The notes: generated by a model not told the origin, from the letters alone. DNA of 54,744 bases from Anaerolineales bacterium (GCA_039680625.1 JBDKSN010000075.1:1-54744); one strand, 5' to 3'. Positions 27,673 through 36,824 are shown, counted from the stretch's first letter. Translations and numbers: made by a program.

Positions 27673-28467
27673 TCACTCGGCGATCACCGGATTGCGCAGC
27701 ACACCGAGGCCGGCGATCTCGATCTCGATCACATCGCCCGCCCGCAAGAATACGGGCGGCTTGCGGGCAAAGCCCACCCCTGAGGGCGTGCCCGTCATGA
27801 TCACCGTCCCCGGCAGCAGCGTGAAGGCGTCTGACAGGTAGGCGATGATCTGAGCACAGCCAAAGATGAGGTCGTTGGTGTTGGAATGCTGCATCTCGCG
27901 GCCATTCAGGCGCGACATGATCTCGGCGTTATCGGGATCCAGGTCGGTCTCGATCCACGGGCCGAGCGGGGCAAAGGTATCGAACGACTTGCCTCGCGCC
28001 CACTGCCCGCCATCGAGGCGCAGCTGGCAGTCTCGCGCGCTCACGTCATTGGCGCACGTATAGCCCAGCACATAGTCGAGCGCTGTCTCGGGCGTGACGT
28101 GCCGCGCCTTTTTGCCGATGACGATGGCCAGCTCTGCCTCATAGTCCACCTCATCGGGGGCCACTCGCGGCAAGAGGATGGGGTCTTCTGGGCCGCACGC
28201 CGCCGTGGTTGCCTTGATAAAGAGCACGGGCCGCTCGGGGATGGGGGCGCCACTCTCGATGGCATGAGCGCGATAGTTGAGGCCGATGGCCAGGATGTTG
28301 GGCGGCTCGACGGGCGCGAGCAGGCGCACGGCTGCCAGGGGGCGAGTCTCGCCGCTAGGCCGCCAGGAGCCAAAGGGGGAACCATCGAGCAGCTCGACCT
28401 GCTGGTCAGCGGTGAGGCGAGCATAGCGGGCAACGCCGCCAACAGCGACACGGGCAAAACGAGTCAC
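27673..28467 (-). CDS. Fumarylacetoacetate hydrolase (FAH) family protein
   Basis: GAGGAGG RBS then GTG 28467. Motifs: ILAIGLNYRAHA, DYEAELAIVIGK, NDVSARD and GTVIMTGTPSGVG. Confidence 0.85.
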   Translation of the reverse strand: MTRFARVAVGGVARYARLTADQQVELLDGSPFGSWRPSGETRPLAAVRLLAPVEPPNILAIGLNYRAHAIESGAPIPERPVLFIKATTAACGPEDPILLPRVAPDEVDYEAELAIVIGKKARHVTPETALDYVLGYTCANDVSARDCQLRLDGGQWARGKSFDTFAPLGPWIETDLDPDNAEIMSRLNGREMQHSNTNDLIFGCAQIIAYLSDAFTLLPGTVIMTGTPSGVGFARKPPVFLRAGDVIEIEIAGLGVLRNPVIAE

Positions 28468-28571
28468 AAGTAGAGCCTCCTCTGTGTCGGCTGAGGCGCA
28501 TTCTAGCCCCACGCGAATACAGCGTCAACGAGACCTTGTGGCCCGGCTAGGCGCGCAAGGGCTGTTCTTTT

Positions 28572-28600
28572 TTGACAACCCTTCTTGGGCGTGATAGCCT
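28572..28600 (+). promoter_or_regulatory. Candidate promoter of the glycyl radical enzyme gene (TTGACA-17 nt-TAGCCT)
   Basis: Read directly. The -10 is weak. Confidence 0.45.
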
Positions 28601-28678
28601 GAGTTGGCTTTAGGGTGCGCAGCCCTTTGCCCATGAGCAGAGGCCATCGCTCTCTATCGCTTCTCATCGTGGAGCTGG

Positions 28679-31045
28679 ATGATGCCAACCGACCGCGTGA
28701 ACCGTCTACGCCAGCAGAGCATCGACGCCAAGCCGACCATCTCGATCGAGCGTGCGCGCCTGATGACCGACTTTTACCGCGAGAATCTGGGCAAGTATTC
28801 TACCCCCGTGCTGCGAGCGCGTTCTTTCTACTACCTCTGTCAACACAAGACGGTCTACATCGGCGACGATGAGCTGATCGTCGGCGAGCGTGGGCCAGCG
28901 CCCAAGGCCACGCCGACCTATCCCGAGCTCACCTGCCACAGCGCCCAAGACCTGCGTATCCTCCGCTCGCGCCCCATGACGAGCTATGCCATCAGCGACG
29001 AGGATATCGCGCTCTATGAGCGCGAGGTCATCCCCTACTGGCAGGGCCGCTCGATGCGCGACCGCATCTTTGGGGCGATGTCGCCCCAGTGGCTGGCCTA
29101 TTACGACGCGGGCTTGTTCACCGAGTTCATGGAGCAGCGCGCCCCCGGCCACACCGTGCTCGACGACAAGATCTATCACCGCGGCCTGCTCGACCTCAAG
29201 GGCGACATCGCCGCCGAGCTGGCGGCGCTCGATTTCGTCGGCGATCCCCAGGCCACAGATCGGCGCGAAGAGCTGCTGGCGATGGACATCGCCTGCTCTG
29301 CCGCCATCCTCTATGCCGAGCGCCACGCCGACCTCGCCGAACAGTTGGCTGCCCACGAACCCGACCTGCGCCGTCGCGCCGAGCTGCGGCAGATCGCCAC
29401 GGTGTGTCACTGGGTGCCAGCTCACGCGCCGCGCACCTTTTGGGAAGCGCTGCAGATGTATTGGTTCGTCCACCTGGCCGTCATCACCGAGCTCAACGGG
29501 TGGGATTCGTTCAACCCGGGTCACCTCGATCAACACCTCGGCCCCTTCTATGCGGCCGACCTCGCCTCGGGTGCGCTGGACCGCGAGGGCGCTCAAGAGC
29601 TGCTGAGCTGTTTATGGTGCAAGTTCAACAACCAGCCCGCGCCGCCCAAGGTGGGTGTGACCGCCGCTGAGAGCGGCACCTACAACGACTTTGCCAACAT
29701 CAACATCGGCGGCATGGATGTCGAGGGGCGTGACGCGGTCAACGACGTGTCTTACCTGATGCTCGAGGTGATCGAAGAGCTACACCTGCTCCAGCCGGGG
29801 AGCAACATCCAGCTCTGCACGGCCAACTCGGATGACTTTGTACGAGCAGCGTGTCGGGTCATTCGCCGCGGCTTTGGCTATCCAGCAGTGTTCAACGCCG
29901 ACATGGTGGTGCAAGAGCAGCTGCGCATGGGCAAGGCGCTCGCCGATGCACGCCAGGGCGGAACCAGCGGCTGCGTCGAGACGGGCTGCTTTGGCAAAGA
30001 GGCCTACATCCTCACGGGCTACCTCAACCTGCCCAAGGTGCTCGAGCTGGCCCTGAACAACGGCCGCGACCCACGCACGGGCCAACAACTGGGCCCGCGG
30101 ACAGGCGAGGCGACAGCGATGGGCACCTTCGCCGAGCTGTATGCCGCCTTTGAGGCGCAACTGCATGCAGTGGTCGAGTGCAAGATCGCCGGCAACAACT
30201 ATATCGAGCGCATGTATGCCCAGCACGCGCCGGCGCCCTTCCTTTCGGCGATCACTGCCGACTGCATCGCCAGAGGGTTGGACTATAACGCGGGCGGCGC
30301 GCGCTACAACACGAGCTTTATCCAGGGCGTAGGCATCGGCACGATCACCGACTGCCTCTCGGCCATCCAGACGCACGTGTATGACCAAGAGACAGTGTCG
30401 ATGGCCAGGCTCTTGTCCGCCCTAGCCGCCAATTTCGCCGGGGATGAGCCGCTGCGCCAGCAGCTCGCCAACCGCACGCCCCGCTATGGCAATGATGACG
30501 ACGCCGCCGACGCCTTGATGCAGCGGGTATTCGAGAGTTTCTACCGCGAGGTAGAGGGCCGCCCCAACCTTCGCGGGGGCCGCTATCATATCGATATGCT
30601 CCCCACGACGTGCCACATCTATTTCGGCTCGGTGATGGGCGCCTCGGCCGACGGGCGCCTGGCGGGTCGGCCGCTCTCGGAGGGCATCTCGCCCGTGCAA
30701 GGCGCCGACCGTCGTGGGCCTACCGCTGTGGTGCGCTCGGCAGCCAAGATGGACCATCGGCGTACGGGCGGAACGTTGCTCAATCAAAAGTTCCAGCCGC
30801 ATGTGTTGGCCGATGAGCAAGGCCTGGCGGGCCTGGTGGCCCTGATCCGCACGTATTTTCGCCTGGGCGGTCACCATATCCAGTTCAACGTGATCGATGC
30901 CGACACGCTGCACGAGGCGCAGGCACACCCTGACGAGTATCGCGGCCTCCTGGTGCGCGTCGCGGGCTACAGCGACTATTTCTGCGATCTCAGCCGCGAC
31001 CTGCAAGAAGAGATCATCGCCCGTACGGCGCAAGAGGGCTTTTGA
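28679..31045 (+). CDS. Glycyl radical enzyme, PFL2/glycerol(diol)-dehydratase-like 1,2-eliminase class
   Basis: 788 aa. Glycyl radical motif LLVRVAGYSDYF (Gly763, nt 30965-30967). Thiyl loop TSGCVETG (Cys432 nt 29972-29974, Glu434 nt 29978-29980). The N-terminus, ISIERARLMTDFY...GDDELIVGERG, is typical of the PFL2 family. Confidence 0.9.
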   Translation: MMPTDRVNRLRQQSIDAKPTISIERARLMTDFYRENLGKYSTPVLRARSFYYLCQHKTVYIGDDELIVGERGPAPKATPTYPELTCHSAQDLRILRSRPMTSYAISDEDIALYEREVIPYWQGRSMRDRIFGAMSPQWLAYYDAGLFTEFMEQRAPGHTVLDDKIYHRGLLDLKGDIAAELAALDFVGDPQATDRREELLAMDIACSAAILYAERHADLAEQLAAHEPDLRRRAELRQIATVCHWVPAHAPRTFWEALQMYWFVHLAVITELNGWDSFNPGHLDQHLGPFYAADLASGALDREGAQELLSCLWCKFNNQPAPPKVGVTAAESGTYNDFANINIGGMDVEGRDAVNDVSYLMLEVIEELHLLQPGSNIQLCTANSDDFVRAACRVIRRGFGYPAVFNADMVVQEQLRMGKALADARQGGTSGCVETGCFGKEAYILTGYLNLPKVLELALNNGRDPRTGQQLGPRTGEATAMGTFAELYAAFEAQLHAVVECKIAGNNYIERMYAQHAPAPFLSAITADCIARGLDYNAGGARYNTSFIQGVGIGTITDCLSAIQTHVYDQETVSMARLLSALAANFAGDEPLRQQLANRTPRYGNDDDAADALMQRVFESFYREVEGRPNLRGGRYHIDMLPTTCHIYFGSVMGASADGRLAGRPLSEGISPVQGADRRGPTAVVRSAAKMDHRRTGGTLLNQKFQPHVLADEQGLAGLVALIRTYFRLGGHHIQFNVIDADTLHEAQAHPDEYRGLLVRVAGYSDYFCDLSRDLQEEIIARTAQEGF

Positions 31046-31199
31046 GCCACACCCTGTGTCACGGTCAGCGCTCTTGCCGGAGGCAACGGCGGCTCATCTT
31101 GCGAGAGTGCGGCCGAGCGGCTGGTTGTGGCCGCGGGCCGCGCCGTGGTATAATCCTGGCGCTAGGGTAATAGCCGCTGTCTGAATCAGGAGGAAACCG

Positions 31200-31955
31200 A
31201 TGTCTGGTCACAGCAAATGGGCCACCATCAAGAGAGCCAAGGGTGCCGCTGATGCCAAGCGCGGGGCGGTGTTCACCAAGCTCGGCCACGAGATCGCCTT
31301 GGCTGCTCGTGAGGGTGGGCCTGACCCCGATGCGAATTTCCGCTTGCGTATCGTCTTGGACAAGGCCCGGGCGGCCAACATGCCCAAAGACAATATCGAG
31401 CGAGCGATCAAACGGGGCAGCGGCGACGGTGGCGAGGGTACCACGCTGGAAGAGTACATCTATGAGGGCTATGGCCCCGGTGGCTCGGCCATTCTGGTGC
31501 AGACGCTGACCGACAACCGCAACCGGACCGTGGCCGAGGTGCGCCACGTGTTCTCTCGCTACGGCGGCAACTTGGGCGCCGATGGCTGCGTAGCCTGGAT
31601 GTTTGAACGCAAAGGCGTCATCACGATCAACCCCGAGGGCCAAGACCCCGATGAGATCATGCTGGTGGCTATCGATGCCGGCGCCGACGATGTCGAAGTG
31701 GGCGACGGTGAGATCGAAGTGACTACCGCCTTGCAGGATTTCAAGGCCGTGCTGGATGCGCTCCTCGCGGCGGGCTTGAAGGTAGAGAGCTCGTCGGTCG
31801 CCTGGGTGCCGAACTCGCAGATCGACATGTCCGACGCCGAGGCTATCCGCAACCTCAAGCTCGTCGAGGCGCTCGAAGATCTGGATGATGTCCAGGAGGT
31901 CTTTACCAACCTCAACATCACCGACGAGGTTATGGACAAGTATCAGGCGGCCTAG
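31200..31955 (+). CDS. yebC: YebC/PmpR family DNA-binding transcriptional regulator
   Basis: MSGHSKWATIKRAKGAADAKRG..FTKL...NMPKDNIERAIKRG...YEGYGPGG.AI. An extended -10 (TGgTATAAT) is at 31146-31154. Confidence 0.95.
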   Translation: MSGHSKWATIKRAKGAADAKRGAVFTKLGHEIALAAREGGPDPDANFRLRIVLDKARAANMPKDNIERAIKRGSGDGGEGTTLEEYIYEGYGPGGSAILVQTLTDNRNRTVAEVRHVFSRYGGNLGADGCVAWMFERKGVITINPEGQDPDEIMLVAIDAGADDVEVGDGEIEVTTALQDFKAVLDALLAAGLKVESSSVAWVPNSQIDMSDAEAIRNLKLVEALEDLDDVQEVFTNLNITDEVMDKYQAA

Positions 31956-31960
31956 GCCGC

Positions 31961-32458
31961 ATGTTGATCTTGGGGCTGGATCCAGGGTTGGCGACCACCG
32001 GCTATGGCTTGGTGGAAGGCGAGGGCGCCGAGATGCGGATGGTGGCCTATGGCGTGATCGAGACGCCGGCGCACATCCCCATCGGCGACCGACTGGCCCA
32101 GCTCTATGCCGCGATCACCGCGCTCCTCGTCCGCTATCGCCCTCAGGCGGCGGCGGTCGAGGAGCTGTTTTTTGCCACCAATGCGCGCACGGCCATCATG
32201 GTCGGCGAAGGGCGTGGCGTCATTCTGTTGGCCCTGGCCCAGGCGGCCGTGCCGGTGATCGAGTACACGCCGCTGCAGATCAAACAGGCCGTCACCGGCT
32301 ATGGCCTGGCCGACAAGGCCCAGGTGCAACAGATGGTGCAGCTCTTGTTGTCTCTAGAGGCCGTGCCCAAGCCCGATGACGCTGCCGATGCCTTGGCGGC
32401 CTCGATCTGTCATTATAATGCGACGCGCTATGCCGAGCTCGCCCGCGACGTGGAGTAA
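31961..32458 (+). CDS. ruvC: Crossover junction endodeoxyribonuclease RuvC
   Basis: MLILGLDPGLATTGYGLVE...AVEELFF...EYTPLQIKQAVTGYG.ADK.QV..MV...PKPDDAADALA. Confidence 0.95.
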   Translation: MLILGLDPGLATTGYGLVEGEGAEMRMVAYGVIETPAHIPIGDRLAQLYAAITALLVRYRPQAAAVEELFFATNARTAIMVGEGRGVILLALAQAAVPVIEYTPLQIKQAVTGYGLADKAQVQQMVQLLLSLEAVPKPDDAADALAASICHYNATRYAELARDVE

Positions 32459-32461
32459 AAC

Positions 32462-33040
32462 ATGATCGCCAGCCTTTGCGGACAGGTGCAGTATCGTGAA
32501 GAGGACGCCCTGGTCGTGGTGGTGCAGGGCGTGGGCTACCGCGTGCACGTGGCTGATAGCGTCCTCGATGCCGTGCCTCACGTGGGCGCTCACGTCGAGC
32601 TGGTCACCGAGATGGTGGTGCGCGAGAACGAGATCGCGCTCTATGGCTTTCAAACAAGCGAAGAGCGCGACCTGTTTCGCTTGCTGCTGACCGTCAGCGG
32701 CGTGGGGCCACGCACGGCCATCGCCGTCCTCTCTACATTCTCGCCCGAGACGCTCCGCGCTGCTGTAGCGCATGACGATGTGGCGGCGTTGACGCGCATC
32801 CCAGGCATCGGGCGCAAGACGGCGCAACGCCTGGTGCTCGACCTCAGAGACCGAGTGGGCGTGCCCACCCAGCCCTGGCAGCCCGGGGCGCCGTCTGAGG
32901 GCGACGTGGATGTCCTCCAGGCACTGACGGCGCTCGGCTACAGCCTGGCAGAGGCCCAAGCGGCTCTAGTCGCCGTGCCCGCCGAGGCGACGACGCTGGA
33001 TGAGCGCATCCTCGCTGCGCTGCGCTCTCTCGGGGCCTAG
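32462..33040 (+). CDS. ruvA: Holliday junction branch migration complex subunit RuvA
   Basis: MIASLCGQV...VVVVQGVGYRVHV...LYGF....ERDLFRLLLTVSGVGPRTA...IPGIGRKTAQRLVLDL. No ruvB follows in this window. Confidence 0.95.
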   Translation: MIASLCGQVQYREEDALVVVVQGVGYRVHVADSVLDAVPHVGAHVELVTEMVVRENEIALYGFQTSEERDLFRLLLTVSGVGPRTAIAVLSTFSPETLRAAVAHDDVAALTRIPGIGRKTAQRLVLDLRDRVGVPTQPWQPGAPSEGDVDVLQALTALGYSLAEAQAALVAVPAEATTLDERILAALRSLGA

Positions 33041-34347
33041 GCCCCGAATAGCCCCTGGAACCAGATACCCAACTCGGGGAAAAGCCCAAGGGCCAGCAGG
33101 CAGAGGGCCAAGGCCAACAGTAACAGGCTCAGCCAGAGCGGCTCGCGACGGCTGCCCGGCGGCGGCGTAGAGCCCCACGAAGTGACGACGATCCGTGTGA
33201 CGCCCCAGGCAGGGCCAAGGGCACTCAGCACACAGACCCATGTCCACGGCGAACGCAGGTCAGCCATGCCGAGGATGGCTATGCGGCTGGCGTAGCCGAC
33301 GGTAGGGGGCAGGCCAGCGAGCGAGAGGCCGGCGATCCACACGGCCGTGAGCGTGAGCGGCGCCCGCCGAAAGGCACCAGCCAGCGGACGTAGGTCATCG
33401 GTGCCAAAGCAATAGGCCAGCACGCGAGCGGCCACCCATAACGTTGCGCAAGCCAGAGCGCGGTAGGCCAGATGTTGCGTGGCCAGGTTTAGCGCACCAG
33501 CGGATTCCGCACTCATCGCCAGGGCAGCGATGCCCACGTCGGCCAGAGCGGCATAGCCGGTCACGGCGCTGAGCTCTCGCGGCAGCAGGGCGCCCACGGC
33601 GCCATAGAGCAACGTAGCCACTCCCCCCCAGCGCAAGAACAAGCCCCAAGTTGCCAAGTCGCTCAGGGCGCTCAACTCGTTCAGGCGCAGCGAGGCGAGC
33701 AACCCCAAAGCGCACACCGCCAGAAAGGCGCCTGTGGGCCGCGAAGCGCGGCTCAGCGGCGGAGCCCACACGCCAAAGGGCAACACACCCAACACCAGGG
33801 CAAGCCCAAAGAGCGCCGCCGGCTGGCCCAAGAAGGTCAACGATAGCGGACTCTCGCCCCGCGCAGCCTCAGACACCCAGCCAGCAACCAGCAAGAGCAG
33901 CGTGCCGCTCAACAGCACGATGATCGTGCGCATGATGAGCTCGGGCGAGGTGGGGGCCAGCAAGCAGCAGGCGATGCCCAGCACTGCCAGCGCCATGAAC
34001 GCACCGGCGAGCTGCAGGCTCGTGGCGCATGCGGCAACCATCAGCAGGCCGAACGTGGCTAGCGCGCTCGACCACACTAGCGGGCTTTCGGGGGCGAGCC
34101 AACCGCCGCCCATCAGCAAGCCCAGCGCAACCGACAGCACACTCACGTAGAAAGCGCTCTGGGTACTCAGGGCCAGCGAGCGGCCCATCAAGTTCAGCGC
34201 CTCTTGGCCAGCAGCCAACGGTGCAAGCCCAGCCACCAAGAGACAGGCCAGCGCCGAGATCGACGCGGCAATCTGTCGCACCTGGCGCACCGGCCAGACA
34301 GCTAGCGCCGCCACAAAGGGGATGGCCAGCAAGGCGATGAGGGGCAT
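33037..34347 (-). CDS. Polytopic membrane protein, degenerate Mrp/complex-I antiporter-like (NuoN/MnhD-like) subunit, lysine-free
   Basis: 436 aa and highly hydrophobic. Remnant motifs are LPFGVWAPPLSRASRPTGAFL and IAGLSLAGLPPTVGY. It has an ATGA overlap with the upstream gene. Confidence 0.6.
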   Translation of the reverse strand: MPLIALLAIPFVAALAVWPVRQVRQIAASISALACLLVAGLAPLAAGQEALNLMGRSLALSTQSAFYVSVLSVALGLLMGGGWLAPESPLVWSSALATFGLLMVAACATSLQLAGAFMALAVLGIACCLLAPTSPELIMRTIIVLLSGTLLLLVAGWVSEAARGESPLSLTFLGQPAALFGLALVLGVLPFGVWAPPLSRASRPTGAFLAVCALGLLASLRLNELSALSDLATWGLFLRWGGVATLLYGAVGALLPRELSAVTGYAALADVGIAALAMSAESAGALNLATQHLAYRALACATLWVAARVLAYCFGTDDLRPLAGAFRRAPLTLTAVWIAGLSLAGLPPTVGYASRIAILGMADLRSPWTWVCVLSALGPAWGVTRIVVTSWGSTPPPGSRREPLWLSLLLLALALCLLALGLFPELGIWFQGLFGA

Positions 34348-34952
34348 CAGCCGGCCTCTTCTTGGTTGAGGCGCTGCACCTGATGCTCAGACAGCACCCC
34401 GATCACCAGAGCCAGGCCGATCTCGAGCAGGCCCAACAGGGCAGTCATCAGCAGGCCGTTGTCCATGTACAGGAAAGCGACCTCAAAGCCATTGAGCGCC
34501 GTCATGGTGGCCAGCCCCTGGCCCAACACCGAGCTTTCGGTGGCCGCGAGCAACATGCCCGCAAGCAAGAGCCAGTAGCAGGTCAACAGTGCGTCGGCGG
34601 GCAGGCCCGGCAGGCGAAACGCCCTTTGCAGGCCAGCCGCAGCAAAGCCAGCCAGGGCCACACAGAATATCCCAAATAGGCTGCCCATGCGCGCCAGTGG
34701 GTCGACCGCATCACGACGACGTTGGCGTTGCAGATGCGCCACCGAGCCAGCCGCGACCAAGAGGATCAGGCAGGCTGCCAACCCCAGCCCGAGTTGAGCA
34801 TAGAGCACCGGCCGCAGCAACGTCTGGCTGACCAGCACGGTACGCAACAAGACCTGCAGCGCCAGACCCAAGACGCCAAGCCTACGGGCCGAAAACGCCA
34901 GCAGCCCTGTGGCCAGGCAGAGCACGATGATCACCTGCGTGCTTGTCAGCAT
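34347..34952 (-). CDS. Polytopic membrane protein (201 aa, about 6 TM helices), unknown family, lysine-free
   Basis: Hydrophobic ORF translationally coupled to both neighbours, with a 13-nt gap upstream and an ATGA overlap downstream. Confidence 0.5.
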   Translation of the reverse strand: MLTSTQVIIVLCLATGLLAFSARRLGVLGLALQVLLRTVLVSQTLLRPVLYAQLGLGLAACLILLVAAGSVAHLQRQRRRDAVDPLARMGSLFGIFCVALAGFAAAGLQRAFRLPGLPADALLTCYWLLLAGMLLAATESSVLGQGLATMTALNGFEVAFLYMDNGLLMTALLGLLEIGLALVIGVLSEHQVQRLNQEEAG

Positions 34953-34965
34953 ATCGGGCCGCCGT

Positions 34966-36546
34966 TCACAGGCCGCTCTCCAGAGCGACGAGCAGCATCA
35001 CCACCACCCATAGCAATCCCCACAAGATGATCAGCCGTTCTTCCAAGAGGCCAAACAGGCGATACAAACCCTCTGCAGCCACGCCGAACGCGTGGTCGAG
35101 AGCCAGGGCGGCGCCCTCCCAGGCGCCCTGCCACACGGGGCGCACAGACTCTCGCCAGCGGTTGGCGCGCCGATTGGCCCGCAGCGCTGCGGGCGAAAGC
35201 GCCAACACAAAGCCGACGATGATGGGCAATAACAGCAGTACAAGGCTCACCACCACCCACTGGGCTGGCGCGCCGAACAGGGGCAGGCCAGAGCCGGCGA
35301 TACCCGGCACCACGCCGAGCACCAAGCCCAGCGCCGATAATGCTGCCCCCAAGCCCCAAGCGAGCCAGTCATTGGGCGGCTGCGAGCGCGTGGTCTGGCG
35401 AAGCCAGGGCATGAGCAACACCGCCGCCGTGGCGCAGGCGAGTGCCGCCCCCAGCACCTGCCAGAACGCCAACCAGCCGTCGCCCAAAGCCAGCGTCGCC
35501 GCCAGATCTTGCCAGCGGGCCACGGCCACTCCACCGGGCGCCAACCCGGCCAGCGAAGCCACGGCGACGATGCGCGGCAGCTGGTACGCCCCGGACTCCT
35601 CGACCCGTTCGAGCACCACCAGGGCCGCATAGGCGACGACCGCGCCCAGCAGTGCCAGCGTGGCCGCGCCGGCTCCCTCCCCAGCGTAGAGCACGCCCGC
35701 CAGCAGCGCCTGCCCAAAAGCCAGGCCATACAGCGCATCGAGGGCGCGACCGCGCGAGCCCCACAGCGCCGTCGACACGCCGGCAAAGAGCACGATGAGC
35801 GTGCCCAAGACGAGCAAGGGCGTCGCAACACGCGGGCTGAGAGCCGCTCCGCCCCCCAGAGTGCACAACAGATGCGCCGCCGTCACCGTGAGCGAGGCCA
35901 TTGTCGGCCAACGCAACGCCGGATAGCCCAGCAGTACGCCGCCCAAGCCCAGGGTGAAGGCAGCCGTGAGGATAGCGCCATAGGGCGGCGCCGCCGAGGC
36001 GTTGGCTGGCAGGCTCAACACCGCCGCCAGAGCGAGCGCCGCGAGAGCGCCGAGCACCCCCAACACGCCGAACACGGCAAAGGGGCCACGCGAGCCCGCC
36101 GGCAATGAGCCTTCGACCCACAGGATGACGATATCGAGCAGCCCAACAGCCAGAGCCGCGGCCAACGCATCCCGAGTGGCGAGGCACAGCAGCACCATGG
36201 CCACCAGCAGCGTCTCAGGCACTACACGGCGTTCTTCGCGAGGGTTGGCCAGGTGCGCAAGCGAGGCCAGCATCAGCACAGCCCCTTCGAGACGCGTGGC
36301 GTGATCCCACGCCAACGACAGGCCGTGATAGAGCCTGCCGGCGGGCACCGTCGCTGTGCTCGCTGGAAGCACCAGCACCACGAGCAGCAAGGCGACGTTG
36401 GCTCCCAGCCCGAATCGACGCGCCACGGTCGGCTGGCCGCGACGCAGCAGCGCCAGCCACACGACAGCGCCCAGAGTGGCGAGGGCAAAGGGGATAAGGG
36501 GCAACAGCATCCTGTCTCGATCCGTAAGTTGGCTGGATTCTAGCAC
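34966..36546 (-). CDS. Polytopic membrane protein (up to 526 aa), degenerate antiporter-like (NuoL/M-like) subunit, lysine-free
   Basis: Hydrophobic throughout. The remnant motif is VAVASLAGLAPGGVAV. The start is possibly ATG 36510 (MLLPLIPF). Confidence 0.55.
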   Translation of the reverse strand: MLESSQLTDRDRMLLPLIPFALATLGAVVWLALLRRGQPTVARRFGLGANVALLLVVLVLPASTATVPAGRLYHGLSLAWDHATRLEGAVLMLASLAHLANPREERRVVPETLLVAMVLLCLATRDALAAALAVGLLDIVILWVEGSLPAGSRGPFAVFGVLGVLGALAALALAAVLSLPANASAAPPYGAILTAAFTLGLGGVLLGYPALRWPTMASLTVTAAHLLCTLGGGAALSPRVATPLLVLGTLIVLFAGVSTALWGSRGRALDALYGLAFGQALLAGVLYAGEGAGAATLALLGAVVAYAALVVLERVEESGAYQLPRIVAVASLAGLAPGGVAVARWQDLAATLALGDGWLAFWQVLGAALACATAAVLLMPWLRQTTRSQPPNDWLAWGLGAALSALGLVLGVVPGIAGSGLPLFGAPAQWVVVSLVLLLLPIIVGFVLALSPAALRANRRANRWRESVRPVWQGAWEGAALALDHAFGVAAEGLYRLFGLLEERLIILWGLLWVVVMLLVALESGL

Positions 36547-36734
36547 GGTTCGGCGCCTGCGGACAATTGCGCGCGGTCGGGCTTGGACACCGAGGTGTAT
36601 CCGTGATCAAGTCCCTCACCGAGACCCCTCTCTTGGTGCTGTCTATTACCTTGCCCTATGGTTGATTATCGTGATCTGGCAGGCCGAGCGAGGTACACGG
36701 TTGGTGAGTGTGACGGCCTCGGCGGACGGTTGGC

Positions 36735-36763
36735 TTGCGCGAGCTCTAGCACGAATCTATAAT
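36735..36763 (+). promoter_or_regulatory. Sigma70-type promoter of the ABC transporter operon (TTGCGC-17 nt-TATAAT)
   Basis: Read directly. The ORF-track start at 36762 lies inside the -10, so translation must start downstream. Confidence 0.6.
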
Positions 36764-36824
36764 GCCTTGTGAGGGGCGGTACAGGCCCTGTCTAGCTTGG
36801 TGTTTTACGCCCGATGAGGAGGAT

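Noticed and set aside
36762-36824. Longer N-terminus (MPCEGRYRPCLAWCFTPDEEDMM...) for the fused SBP, as in the ORF track
   Set aside because: The ATG at 36762 lies inside the -10 hexamer of the best promoter (TATAAT, 36758-36763). The GAGGAGG RBS at 36816-36822 precedes ATG 36825/36828, which starts a textbook lipoprotein signal peptide.
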